From an uncultured Candidatus Saccharibacteria bacterium (GTDB lineage: Bacteria; Patescibacteriota; Minisyncoccia; Phycocordibacterales; UBA9973): 64,000 nucleotides of DNA. A program made the position numbers and the translations under genes. Below, one piece after another: positions 1 to 9,605 of the stretch (position 1 is the first letter of the stretch; the number at the start of each line of letters is the position of its first letter). Location of the stretch: contig CAYUQD010000001.1 in NCBI GenBank assembly GCA_964446965.1, positions 21,586 to 85,585 of the forward strand. The letters run 5' to 3'. The notes below the pieces were generated by a model. The model was not told the origin of the DNA, ran no database searches, and saw only the letters and a list, made by a program, of their open reading frames with translations.

Positions 1-66
1 TCGACACAGCGAACGACACGCTCGAAGCAGCCCTCAAGCGCAAGGAAGGCGAGATATTGAGTTAAT
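1..66 (+). CDS. 3' end of an unidentified CDS (partial, runs off the window start); frame 3 ends ...DTANDTLEAALKRKEGEILS*
   Basis: Open frame from position 3 to a TAA at 64-66; product not recognisable from 21 residues. Confidence 0.3.
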
Positions 67-71
67 CGTTC

Positions 72-1121
72 ATGACTATCATTTTATTTATTCTCGTATT
101 GCTCATCTGTGTTCTCGTGCACGAATGGGGGCATTTCATTACTGCAAAAAAGAGCGGCATGTTGGTCGAAGAGTTTGGTTTCGGCATTCCTCCGCGTCTG
201 TATTCGTGGAAAAAGGGTGAGACCACCTACTCGATCAACGCACTCCCGATTGGTGGATTTGTAAAGATCGCGGGAGAGAATGGTGCAGAGCTCGACGTCC
301 CAACACATCGACAGTTCGAGAGCAAGCCGTGGTATACCAAGACCTTGGTACTACTCGCAGGAGTCATCATGAACTTCCTCCTTGCACTCGTGCTCTTTTG
401 CTTTGCGTATACGATTGGTCTCCCCGGGGTCACACCTGACGGCACACCTACGGTACTGAGTGTCATTGATGGTTCACCGACTGCAGCTTCGGGTATAGCA
501 GTAGGGGATACGATCACTCGCGTCGTCATTGATGGTACAGAGATTGGGGCGCTCGATACCAACACACTACATGATGCCATCCAAAAGGATGATGGAGATG
601 TGACTATTACCTACATTCACGACTCGGTCACAACAACTGCAACGATCCTTCCGCGCGTTGCCGACAGTAATCGCTCGATCGGTATTGCCATAGAATCCAT
701 CGGAGTGATCAAACAACCTTTTTTCCAAGCGCTCGGGTCTGCGTGGAAGCAGACTATTGGTCTCACCGCCAATATTTTCTCCGCGATAGGTACATTGGTC
801 GCTGGAATATTCACCGGCACAAGTTCAACCGAAGGTCTCGTCGGTCCAGTAGGGCTCGCAAAAGAAGTTGGGAACGCCGCATCGTTTGGAGTGACATATC
901 TGCTCGCATTTATTGCGACGATCTCGCTCAACCTTGCCGTTCTCAACGTCATGCCGTTCCCTGCGCTCGATGGAGGGCGACTCATTGTGGTCTGGGGTGA
1001 GGCGATCACTCGGCGCAAATTCTCGGCCAAAGTCGTCGGCGTCATCCATGCGATTGGATTTCTGCTTTTGATCACCTTAATGGTCGTACTGACTGTTGGG
1101 GATATTCGAAAAGCTATATAA
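72..1121 (+). CDS. rseP: Site-2 protease RseP (M50 zinc metalloprotease, PDZ-containing)
   Basis: HEWGH zinc motif in the first TM helix, central PDZ-like region, C-terminal TM with an LDGG-type motif; ~350 aa, typical of RseP. Confidence 0.85.
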   Translation: MTIILFILVLLICVLVHEWGHFITAKKSGMLVEEFGFGIPPRLYSWKKGETTYSINALPIGGFVKIAGENGAELDVPTHRQFESKPWYTKTLVLLAGVIMNFLLALVLFCFAYTIGLPGVTPDGTPTVLSVIDGSPTAASGIAVGDTITRVVIDGTEIGALDTNTLHDAIQKDDGDVTITYIHDSVTTTATILPRVADSNRSIGIAIESIGVIKQPFFQALGSAWKQTIGLTANIFSAIGTLVAGIFTGTSSTEGLVGPVGLAKEVGNAASFGVTYLLAFIATISLNLAVLNVMPFPALDGGRLIVVWGEAITRRKFSAKVVGVIHAIGFLLLITLMVVLTVGDIRKAI

Positions 1122-1216
1122 TATAAGGGTTATTTACCACCTCGCATGTGTTTGACTTTTTTTATATCCATGATAGAGTAATAGGATAGTAATCAATAAC
1201 ACCACAATCACCACAT

Positions 1217-2248
1217 ATGCCAGTTATCAGTTTCAAACCAAAACAAGTCACCAAACGTCTTCTTTCGAACCTTCAGGACCGTGCGTACGACATCATCGTC
1301 AACCGCTACGGACTCACTGATAATGCCGATACAAAGACGCTTGAAGCTATTGGGAAAAAGTACAGTATCACCCGAGAACGCGTTCGTCAGATCGAGAACG
1401 CGGCCCTTGCTGCGATTCGCAAGAGTGATGCATTCAAGACTGAACACAAGACGTTCAGCGAGATCAAGGCATTGATCGAAACTGCTGGTGCTGTGGTGCA
1501 CGAAGACGACTTCCTCTCATTTATCTCAAAGGACAAATCAGTCCAAAATCATATTCGCTTCTACCTCGTTCTCGGTGACGACTTCAAGATGATGAAAGAA
1601 GACGAACATTTCAACGCGCGATGGACTGTCGACGAGAGTCTCTCAGAAGTTGTGCACGAAGCGTTGCACAGTGTGTATCGCACACTCGATGACAAGGAAC
1701 TCCTCTCCGAAGAAGACCTCGTTACTCGCTTCCTCAAAGAAGTCAAAGAGGTAGCTGAACAATACAAGAACGAAGAAGTTGCTCGCCGATGGCTCAACAT
1801 CTCAAAAAAGATTGCAAAGAACCCGCTCGGTGAATGGGGTCCATCTGGTTCTCAGAATATCAAGACTCGTGGTATCAAGGACTTTGCATTCCTCATCATG
1901 CGCAAGCATGGTTCTCCGATGCACTTCCGTGAAGTAGCAAAGGCAATCCAAGACACCTTTGGCAAAAAGACTCATGTAGCGACAACACACAATGAGTTGA
2001 TCAAAGATGCTCGCTTTGTCCTCGTCGGACGTGGCTACTATGCACTCGCAGAATGGGGATACAAGCCAGGTATTGTCCGTGATGTCATCAAGGAGATCCT
2101 CATCAAGGAAGGTCCACTCACCAAAGAAGATGTGATCGACCGAGTCCTCAAGGAACGCTTCCTCAAAAAGAACACCATCCTCGTCAACCTTCAGAACGCA
2201 AAATATTTCAAAAAGCTCGCTGACGGAACATATACTGTCGCAAAATAA
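1217..2248 (+). CDS. DNA-binding protein: sigma-70 region-4-like HTH (N-terminal) fused to a HARE-HTH-like winged helix (C-terminal)
   Basis: N-terminal ...YSITRERVRQIENAALAAIRK resembles sigma-70 region 4.2. C-terminal ...MHFREVAKAIQDTFGKK..ARFVLVGRGYYALAEWGY resembles the HARE-HTH of the RNAP delta subunit. Own promoter TTGACT-16-TAGAGT upstream. Confidence 0.45.
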   Translation: MPVISFKPKQVTKRLLSNLQDRAYDIIVNRYGLTDNADTKTLEAIGKKYSITRERVRQIENAALAAIRKSDAFKTEHKTFSEIKALIETAGAVVHEDDFLSFISKDKSVQNHIRFYLVLGDDFKMMKEDEHFNARWTVDESLSEVVHEALHSVYRTLDDKELLSEEDLVTRFLKEVKEVAEQYKNEEVARRWLNISKKIAKNPLGEWGPSGSQNIKTRGIKDFAFLIMRKHGSPMHFREVAKAIQDTFGKKTHVATTHNELIKDARFVLVGRGYYALAEWGYKPGIVRDVIKEILIKEGPLTKEDVIDRVLKERFLKKNTILVNLQNAKYFKKLADGTYTVAK

Positions 2249-2307
2249 TATCGCAAACCACAAACCCTCTTACAAAAGAGGGTTTGTGCGTGCTAGACTA
2301 CTTCTAT

Positions 2308-2817
2308 ATGGCAGATGCACCGAGCGGTGGAGGCAAATGGGAGACATTCGAGATAGTCATCATCGTCATTTTGATTGGCGGTATCTTGGTCAGACTCACT
2401 GGTACATCGCTCTCGGGTACCCGATCCACTAACACCAAGGCCCCAACCACCACACAGACAGTTACGACTCCAGCAACACCCAACGATATTTGCGGACTCA
2501 CGACATCAGCTCCTCTCGCCAACCAAAAGGTGAAGGGGTCTGTCACAATATCGGGTACTATCAACGGATGCGATTGGATGCCAGTCAATGGTGTTGCGCT
2601 CTATGCACAAGTCATCGACAAGAATGGTAAACCAGTATCAGACTATATCCATGTCCCTGCGCAAAATGTCGTAGACAGCACTGCTTCATTTTCTATGACT
2701 ATTGCGCTCTACAACCAACCTGCAAGCGGGTCAGGGACAGTCATATTCATTCCGGTGAGACCGGTGAGTACAAAAGGAGGAGTCTCTGCACGTATTCCTA
2801 TTACATTCTCACGCTAA
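2308..2817 (+). CDS. hypothetical membrane-anchored Thr-rich protein
   Basis: ATG at 2308 within the ORF 2284..2817; hydrophobic segment followed by a TQTVTTPATP-type linker. Confidence 0.35.
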   Translation: MADAPSGGGKWETFEIVIIVILIGGILVRLTGTSLSGTRSTNTKAPTTTQTVTTPATPNDICGLTTSAPLANQKVKGSVTISGTINGCDWMPVNGVALYAQVIDKNGKPVSDYIHVPAQNVVDSTASFSMTIALYNQPASGSGTVIFIPVRPVSTKGGVSARIPITFSR

Positions 2818-2852
2818 GTATTCCCAACAATAGCCTTGTCGATGCTATACTA

Positions 2853-4121
2853 GTGGACATGGAATCTTCCATTGCGCTCCAACTCTTCATTCGCCACTTT
2901 GGCGTTTTTGTTGCATTGATCTTTGTTGCGATTGTGGCATGGAACTTGTGGGTCACCTATATCAATACGTTGTATCTGAGGACTATTGAATGGGTCATAC
3001 TCGAAATCGTTCCTCCAAAAGAAGTATTCAAATCTCCCGAAGCAATGGAGCTAGTCTTGAACGTATTTAACGGAGGTGGTCCTGGCAACTGGTACGAAAA
3101 ATATTGGAAAGGAGAACTCGCTCAGTATTATGCGCTCGAGATAGTTTCAACTGAAGGTAAAATTCATTTTTATGTACGTTTTGCCAAGAAATTCAAAAAA
3201 GCTTTTGAGTCACAACTCTATGCGCAATATCCGCAAGCAGAAGTGAGTGAGGTGGCAGATTACTCCCAAAAGATCCCGGATTTTAGTACTGGAGCTATCA
3301 ATATCTTTGCCTACAATCTCAAACTCAAAAAAGAAGATCCATATCCAATCAAGACATATATCGACTTTGGGCTCGATAGAGCGATAGGTTCACTGGATGA
3401 AGAGCAGCGAATTGATCCGATAACACCCACATTGGAAACAATGGGATCTATTGGAGTAGGAGAACACATCTGGATGCAGATCAACTTTCGCCAGGCGATC
3501 AAACGACATGAAGTAAAAAAGGGAGATGTGGTAGAAAAAGAAAAAGGTTGGACTGACAAGAGTAAAGAAGTCATCACTGGGTTGAAGGCGGCCGCAAATA
3601 CTAAAGATGCTGAGGGCAAGACCATCCCTGGCAAACTAACAAAAGGTGAACAACAAGTCATCGAGGCAATAGAACGACATCGCAACAAGGCTGGTTTTGA
3701 TTGTGGAATGCGCGTGCTATATATTGCTGAGAAGGACAAGTTTAGTGGAAACACGATCTCTGCATTCACTGCGATGTTTCGTCAGTACAATACCGAAGAC
3801 ATGAACTCATTTAGTATGACTGATCTGACCAAAACTCCTGACGCTATGCCATGGAAGGATCCCTATGACCACAAAGTAAAGAAGATGAAAAAAGACTATC
3901 TCAGTGATTACAAGTCACGTTCATATTTCTACGGAGGGTTTGATTTTCACAAGATTACAAAATATTTTACAAACCCCGAAAAGTCTGGCAGTGATGGATT
4001 TGTGCTTTCGAGTGAAGAGCTCGCTACACTCTTTCACTTGCCAGGTCGTGTGGCAGAGACGCCGACATTTACTCGTATCGAATCCAAGAAGGGCGAACCA
4101 CCAGCAAATCTCCCAATATAA
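2853..4121 (+). CDS. hypothetical membrane protein (N-terminal TM, ~420 aa)
   Basis: Long ORF starting with GTG at 2853 (alternative ATG at 2859), N-terminal hydrophobic helix, no recognisable catalytic motif. Confidence 0.4.
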   Translation: MDMESSIALQLFIRHFGVFVALIFVAIVAWNLWVTYINTLYLRTIEWVILEIVPPKEVFKSPEAMELVLNVFNGGGPGNWYEKYWKGELAQYYALEIVSTEGKIHFYVRFAKKFKKAFESQLYAQYPQAEVSEVADYSQKIPDFSTGAINIFAYNLKLKKEDPYPIKTYIDFGLDRAIGSLDEEQRIDPITPTLETMGSIGVGEHIWMQINFRQAIKRHEVKKGDVVEKEKGWTDKSKEVITGLKAAANTKDAEGKTIPGKLTKGEQQVIEAIERHRNKAGFDCGMRVLYIAEKDKFSGNTISAFTAMFRQYNTEDMNSFSMTDLTKTPDAMPWKDPYDHKVKKMKKDYLSDYKSRSYFYGGFDFHKITKYFTNPEKSGSDGFVLSSEELATLFHLPGRVAETPTFTRIESKKGEPPANLPI

Positions 4122-4123
4122 TC

Positions 4124-5083
4124 ATGACTACCCTGATCAAAACTATTCTTCGGCTCGCGCTCTTTGTGGTACTCGTAATACTCTTTGTTTCATTTATTCG
4201 CAGTAGGATAGCGGCTCCTGCAGAGTTCCCAGTACCATATCAGTTGACTATTGAGACTGGACAGACACTGTTCTCTATCTCACGCGAACTCGCCGATGCA
4301 AAAGCTATCCGCTCTCCGCGAGTGTTTGAAATATTTATGGTTGCCCTTGGCAGTGAAAAGAGGGTAAGTGATGGTGTCTACTATTTTGATCGACCAGCGT
4401 CTGCACTTGAGATCGCATTACGTATCTCGGGCAGACAGTTCGGTATTGATCGCAAACGAGTAACATTCCCCGAAGGCTTTAGTACCAAGCAAATAGGGGA
4501 TCGTCTCGGAGCGACCTTCGAAGGTTTTGATACGACATTGTTCATGACACTCGCAAAGGGGAATGAAGGGTATTTATTTCCCGATACGTACGGCTTCTTT
4601 CCTTCCGTGACGCCAGACTTTGTGGTCGCAACACTCAAGCGCAACTTTACTTCCCAGCTTGCGCCACTCCAAGAGGATATCAAATCCTCAGGTCGTACCC
4701 AGGCCGAGATCATCACGATGGCATCTATCATTGAGAAGGAAGCTCGTGGTACGAGTGACCGCGCGCTCATCTCGGGTATACTGTGGAAGCGTCTCGATCA
4801 GGGCATTGCGCTCCAAGTCGATGCACCATTTCTCTACATTCTCGGCAAAGAGAGTAAGGACCTTACCGCAAAGGACCTTGCAACCAACTCTCCATACAAT
4901 ACGTACCGCAACAAAGGTTTGCCACCCGGACCGATCAACAACCCTGGTCTTGCAGCTATTATGGCTGCGATATATCCCGAGCAGTCTCCGTATCTCTTTT
5001 ACCTACACGATGCAGATGGAGAGATTCACTACGGGCGCACGTATGCCGAACACAAGAAAAATATAGCAACATACCTCAAATAA
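4124..5083 (+). CDS. mltG: endolytic murein transglycosylase MltG (YceG family)
   Basis: N-terminal TM, YceG-like core with ...YNTYRNKGLPPGPINNPG... signature region. Confidence 0.8.
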   Translation: MTTLIKTILRLALFVVLVILFVSFIRSRIAAPAEFPVPYQLTIETGQTLFSISRELADAKAIRSPRVFEIFMVALGSEKRVSDGVYYFDRPASALEIALRISGRQFGIDRKRVTFPEGFSTKQIGDRLGATFEGFDTTLFMTLAKGNEGYLFPDTYGFFPSVTPDFVVATLKRNFTSQLAPLQEDIKSSGRTQAEIITMASIIEKEARGTSDRALISGILWKRLDQGIALQVDAPFLYILGKESKDLTAKDLATNSPYNTYRNKGLPPGPINNPGLAAIMAAIYPEQSPYLFYLHDADGEIHYGRTYAEHKKNIATYLK

Positions 5084-5086
5084 TTT

Positions 5087-5629
5087 ATGATCCTCCAACA
5101 ACCACTCGCATTCATCGACATCGAGACTACTGGCCTCGACCACAACTCTGCCGAGATCATCGAACTCGGTGTTGTCATCGCGCGCCTCAAGGATGGCGAG
5201 CTGACTGTCATCGACGAACTCGACCTCAAGATTACTCCCAAACATATTGAGACAGCAGAGCCTGCGGCGCTACGCGTCAATGGGTACAATGAAGCCGATT
5301 GGATATTTGCAGTATCTATCGAGGATGCGTTGCGGACATTTGTGCAGAAGACTCGTGGTGCAGTATTTGTCGCGCACAATGTCACCTTTGATTACGGATT
5401 TATCGACGCCAATCTCAAGCGTTACAACATCGAGCATGACATGCACTATCACAAACTTGATACGATCTCACTCGCATTTGGTGTACTTCACAACAACGAT
5501 GATATCGGCAAGCTCTCGCTTCGCGCGCTGTGTGAGAAATATGAGATAGATAATAAAAAAGCGCATAGTGCATTTGCTGATGCCTACGCGCTGTACGAAG
5601 TGTTCAAGAAGTTAATGAATTTGAAATAA
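5087..5629 (+). CDS. DnaQ-like 3'-5' exonuclease (DEDDh family, stand-alone)
   Basis: FIDIETTGLD (Exo I), VAHNVTFDYGFI (Exo II), HSAFADAYA (Exo III). Confidence 0.75.
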   Translation: MILQQPLAFIDIETTGLDHNSAEIIELGVVIARLKDGELTVIDELDLKITPKHIETAEPAALRVNGYNEADWIFAVSIEDALRTFVQKTRGAVFVAHNVTFDYGFIDANLKRYNIEHDMHYHKLDTISLAFGVLHNNDDIGKLSLRALCEKYEIDNKKAHSAFADAYALYEVFKKLMNLK

Positions 5630-5662
5630 AAAAAGAATTCAGGTTTCGTTGAATTCTTTTAC
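5630..5662. terminator. bidirectional hairpin between converging genes (aagaattcagg...ttgaattctt)
   Basis: Perfect inverted repeat around an EcoRI-like core, followed by a T-run; overlaps the last codons of the minus-strand gene. Confidence 0.5.
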
Positions 5663-6016
5663 AAGTGCATCCATTTGCTTTTTTGAAAGGTTGCAATCCC
5701 TTAAGTGAAATAATTTCATTGAGATTAACGGTAGTGCATCCCATTTTTCGACAGGTTCACCGCATGTTTTACATGTACCTTCAAACATCCATTGATGTGG
5801 TGCAAATGCAAACCTCCCCATTCTAGCAGGTCCTTTATATGCCTTGATACCTGTCCATAGCGGTTCGTGAATATGTGGGGTCGTGTGGGTGCAATCAACA
5901 CAAACTTCTTGTAGATGGTCATTTGAAACTTGGTACCTATGCTCACCAACGGTACATTTCACTGCTTTTCTATAGCGGGAATAAAATTTATTCCACCACA
6001 TAGTTAATTTTTTCAT
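5639..6016 (-). CDS. hypothetical CxxC zinc-ribbon protein
   Basis: Motifs CTVGEH, CVDCTH and CKTCGE; minus-strand promoter TTGACA-16-TAGAGT (plus-strand coordinates ~6034-6061). Confidence 0.4.
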   Translation of the reverse strand: MKKLTMWWNKFYSRYRKAVKCTVGEHRYQVSNDHLQEVCVDCTHTTPHIHEPLWTGIKAYKGPARMGRFAFAPHQWMFEGTCKTCGEPVEKWDALPLISMKLFHLRDCNLSKKQMDALVKEFNET

Positions 6017-6082
6017 ACTAAAAGTTTTTCTTCACTCTAAACTAAAAGGACGATTTGTCAAATATATGGTACTATCACGTTT

Positions 6083-7138
6083 GTGAAAGATAAAAAGCAA
6101 AAAATATTTGTCGGGATGTCGGGCGGTGTAGACTCGTCGGTGGCGGCGTATTTGTTGCTGCAGCAAGGGCATGAGGTCCACGGCATATTTGTAAAGACAT
6201 GGTCACCAGAATGGCTCCCGTGTACATGGGTCGATGAGAAGAGAGATGCGATGCGAGTGTGTGCACACCTCGGTATTCCATTTCATTTCCTCGATGCTGA
6301 GGATGCGTACAGAGAAGGTGTTGCACAATATATGATCGATGAGTACAAAGCAGGTCGTACCCCTAACCCAGATGTACTGTGCAACCGTGTGATCAAGTTT
6401 GGGGTCATGTGGGAGTATGCAAAGAGTCATGGGGCCGACGCGATCGCGACCGGGCACTATGCGCAGACGGATGGCATATCTATCCGACGAGGTCTTGATA
6501 TGAGCAAAGACCAGTCGTACTTTCTCTGGATGATATCTAGAGGCGAGCTTGGACACATACAGTTTCCGATTGGTCACTTGCCCAAAGTCGATGTCCGCGC
6601 TATCGCAGACAAAGCGAAGCTCTTTACCGCTACAAAGAAAGATAGCCAAGGCATCTGTTTTCTCGGAGACGTCGATATGCGCGCATTCCTCACACACTAT
6701 ATAGAGCAAAAAAAGGGGAGTGTGATAGATAGACAAGGTACTGTAGTCGGAGAGCACGACGGTGTCTGGTTCTACACGCTCGGCGAGCGACACGGATTTC
6801 GTATTACAACTCAGGGCACCAATGATCCTCGGTACTATATTGTCGGCAAGGATATTGAGAACAATGTGCTCATTGTTGATACTGCTCCGACCAGTACCGT
6901 TGCTCATAACGGCACTCTCATACTGACACTTCGTGATGTAAATTGGATTGGACAATACGATACAGCCACTTCATACACCGCAAATATTCGCTATCACGGC
7001 GACGCCATACCAAGTAGTGTATTGAGCGATACCCAAGTCAGTATTGAGTACAATGGCGTCGTTGCGCTCGGGCAGTCCATCGTCATATATGACAATGATC
7101 AAATAGTCGGTGGTGGCATCATTGATGTAGTAGCCTAG
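6083..7138 (+). CDS. mnmA: tRNA-specific 2-thiouridylase MnmA
   Basis: PP-loop GMSGGVDSSV, catalytic Cys region, full-length ~350 aa; GTG start directly after a TGGTACTAT extended -10-like element. Confidence 0.85.
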   Translation: MKDKKQKIFVGMSGGVDSSVAAYLLLQQGHEVHGIFVKTWSPEWLPCTWVDEKRDAMRVCAHLGIPFHFLDAEDAYREGVAQYMIDEYKAGRTPNPDVLCNRVIKFGVMWEYAKSHGADAIATGHYAQTDGISIRRGLDMSKDQSYFLWMISRGELGHIQFPIGHLPKVDVRAIADKAKLFTATKKDSQGICFLGDVDMRAFLTHYIEQKKGSVIDRQGTVVGEHDGVWFYTLGERHGFRITTQGTNDPRYYIVGKDIENNVLIVDTAPTSTVAHNGTLILTLRDVNWIGQYDTATSYTANIRYHGDAIPSSVLSDTQVSIEYNGVVALGQSIVIYDNDQIVGGGIIDVVA

Positions 7139-7157
7139 TCTGCGCTATACTGATCCT

Positions 7158-7619
7158 ATGCAATCCATCATCACTGACCCTATAGTCCTTAGTCTCCTTT
7201 GTGCAATGCTCATGGGTATGACCCTTGGTATCGAACGATTTCTCGCGCACAAGACCGCGGGTATGCGTACCTACACACTCATCAGTATGGGGTCGGCAAT
7301 GTTTGTCATTATCTCGCAACTCGTTGCGTCGCAATCGACGGGAATGTTCGATCCATTGCGTATGGCAGCACAAGTCGTTGCTGCTGCAGGATTCCTCGGA
7401 GTCGGAGTAATATTTCACAATAGTCAGCGTGTCAGTGGTATCACGACTGCATCTGGTATGTGGGTCGCGGCGGGTATCGGTATGGCGTGTGGATTTGGGT
7501 TGTACAAGCTTGCGCTCATCGTCACCGTACTCACACTCTTTACCTTCATCGTTATGTGGTTTCTCGAGCGTCTCATCCGCAAACTCCCGATCGGACATGA
7601 CGAGACACCGTCTCTCTAG
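7158..7619 (+). CDS. MgtC/SapB family membrane protein
   Basis: ~150 aa polytopic protein with an MgtC-like N-terminal pattern. Confidence 0.55.
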   Translation: MQSIITDPIVLSLLCAMLMGMTLGIERFLAHKTAGMRTYTLISMGSAMFVIISQLVASQSTGMFDPLRMAAQVVAAAGFLGVGVIFHNSQRVSGITTASGMWVAAGIGMACGFGLYKLALIVTVLTLFTFIVMWFLERLIRKLPIGHDETPSL

Positions 7620-7636
7620 TCGACACCTACAGCATT

Positions 7637-7656
7637 AGCCCCACAAGGGCTTTTTT
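7637..7656 (+). terminator. intrinsic terminator (agccc-acaa-gggct + T-run)
   Basis: Hairpin plus TTTTTT immediately after the MgtC-like gene. Confidence 0.5.
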
Positions 7657-7671
7657 GTTATGATGCGGGAT

Positions 7672-9438
7672 ATGAACTATCGTACTGAATGGAATTTGGG
7701 GTTGCTGTATAAAAGTGAAAAGGACCCACAGATAGAAAAAGATATTATAACAATAGAGAAAGTGTGCCTTGCCTTTGAAAAGAAATATAAAGGTAAGGAT
7801 TTTCTGAGTTCGCCTAAGCGTCTGGCGCAGGCATTCACCGATAAAGAAACATTGACTGAAGAGATGAACGGCAATAAATGTTGGTGGTATTTTGCACTTC
7901 GAAATCGTCTCAATAGTGATGATAGTTATGCTGGCGCTATGGCAACAAAGATGGATCAAAGAATTAATAATGCAGCGAATAAAATAAAGTTTTTCTTTCT
8001 TGAAATATCAAAAATTTCTCCAAAAAACCAATCAATGTATCTTAATGATCCAGATCTATTTCCTTACAAATATGCATTGGAGCGAATGTTTAATTCTGCA
8101 AAATACAACCTTTCTGAAAAGGAAGAACAAATTATCTCGCTACTATCACAAACGAGCTATGATATGTGGGTAGATGGTCAACAAAGAGTTCTTACACAAG
8201 AAACAATTGAACATGCCCGTAAAACTATACCCTTATCAAAGGCAATGTCGATTTTGGGAGATGAGCCAAAAAAAACTCGACAGATATTACATAACAAAAT
8301 AAACAATGCCTTAAAACGCAACGCTTCGTTTGCAAGCGCAGAAATCAACGCAGTGTTTAACTACAAGAAAATACTCGATGAACGAAGGGGATATAAAAAA
8401 TGCTACAGCGAGACAGTATTGGGATACGAGAACGATGAAAAGACAGTCGAAGATCTCGTTGATGTTGTGACGAAATATTTCAGATTAAGTCACAGGTTCT
8501 ACAGCCTCCATTCCAAGTTATTGGGTAAAAAGAACATCACTATGGCAGATCGATCTGTAAAGATCGGCGAGATTAAAAAGAAATTTGATTTTGAAAGTTC
8601 TATCGATTTAGTCAAAAATGCGTTTACAAAAGTTGATAAAAAATATGCACAGTATGTCGATACTTATTTAGAAAATGGCCAAATTGATGTATATCCCAAG
8701 AAAGGTAAAGATAGTGGTGCGTTTTGTTGGGGGATAGATTTGTTGCCGACATATGTATTGCTCAATCATACAGACAATGTACGATCTGTTGAAACATTCG
8801 CACATGAAATGGGGCATGCTATACATACTGAGTTAAGTAAAAAACAACCTCCACGGTACAGACATTATTCTACTGCCACTGCTGAAGTAGCAAGTACTTT
8901 CTTTGAATTGGTAGCGGCTGATGATCTCGAAGCAGGGCTCTCCGATAAAGAGAAAATTGTATTACTTCACAACAAAACAATGGGAGATATTAGTACAATT
9001 TTCAGGCAAATTGCTTGTTTCAACTTTGAAAAAGAATTACATGAGAAAATTCGGACAGAAGGACAATTAGATCAAGGACAGATTGCGATACTTCTTCAAA
9101 AGCATTTACAGTCCTACACAGGCAAATCAATGGAAGTAACACAAGATGATGGGTATTTCTTTGTGACATGGTCGCACATTAGACGCTTCTTTTATGTGTA
9201 CTCGTATGCCTACGGCCAAATCATTAGTCGTGCCCTGTATGAAAAATGGAAAGCAGATCCATCATATGCCAAAAAAATTGAACAATTTCTCAGTGCCGGC
9301 CGTTCAATGTCACCAAAAGATATATTCAAATCCATCGGCATCACTACAAACGCGGCATTCTTTGAAGCAGGATTGAAGGGTATTGAAGCTGATATTGATA
9401 AGTTGGAAAAGTTGGCAAAAAAGCAAAAATTGATATAA
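7672..9438 (+). CDS. pepF: oligoendopeptidase F (M3B)
   Basis: HEMGH zinc motif and M3 length. Start placed at ATG 7672 rather than 7660 because TGtTATGAT (7656-7664) reads as an extended -10 with a transcription start ~7671. Confidence 0.75.
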   Translation: MNYRTEWNLGLLYKSEKDPQIEKDIITIEKVCLAFEKKYKGKDFLSSPKRLAQAFTDKETLTEEMNGNKCWWYFALRNRLNSDDSYAGAMATKMDQRINNAANKIKFFFLEISKISPKNQSMYLNDPDLFPYKYALERMFNSAKYNLSEKEEQIISLLSQTSYDMWVDGQQRVLTQETIEHARKTIPLSKAMSILGDEPKKTRQILHNKINNALKRNASFASAEINAVFNYKKILDERRGYKKCYSETVLGYENDEKTVEDLVDVVTKYFRLSHRFYSLHSKLLGKKNITMADRSVKIGEIKKKFDFESSIDLVKNAFTKVDKKYAQYVDTYLENGQIDVYPKKGKDSGAFCWGIDLLPTYVLLNHTDNVRSVETFAHEMGHAIHTELSKKQPPRYRHYSTATAEVASTFFELVAADDLEAGLSDKEKIVLLHNKTMGDISTIFRQIACFNFEKELHEKIRTEGQLDQGQIAILLQKHLQSYTGKSMEVTQDDGYFFVTWSHIRRFFYVYSYAYGQIISRALYEKWKADPSYAKKIEQFLSAGRSMSPKDIFKSIGITTNAAFFEAGLKGIEADIDKLEKLAKKQKLI

Positions 9439-9506
9439 CAATTGCAATTGTTGGTTTCTGTTGTATAGTCATAAAAAATCTTTTACCCATGCACAAGGAT
9501 AAGATA

Positions 9507-9605
9507 ATGCTTGCCTTATTGATGCTGTCGTGTGGTTCAACAATTTTGTCCGGATTGCTATATATTGTTTTTATAATACAAGTATGTAGAAAGGATACAT
9601 GTTGA
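9507..9605 (+). CDS. small hydrophobic peptide (32 aa, MLALLMLSCGSTILSGLLYIVFIIQVCRKDTC)
   Basis: Short ORF with an AAGGA-like element upstream, followed by a hairpin and T-run; below the size cutoff of the ORF track. Confidence 0.2.
   Translation: MLALLMLSCGSTILSGLLYIVFIIQVCRKDTC

Noticed and set aside
227-1075. Antisense or alternative-frame ORFs inside rseP (227..580 -, 617..1075 -, 743..1000 +)
   Set aside because: They lie fully inside a well-supported CDS and have no motifs; typical of shadow ORFs.
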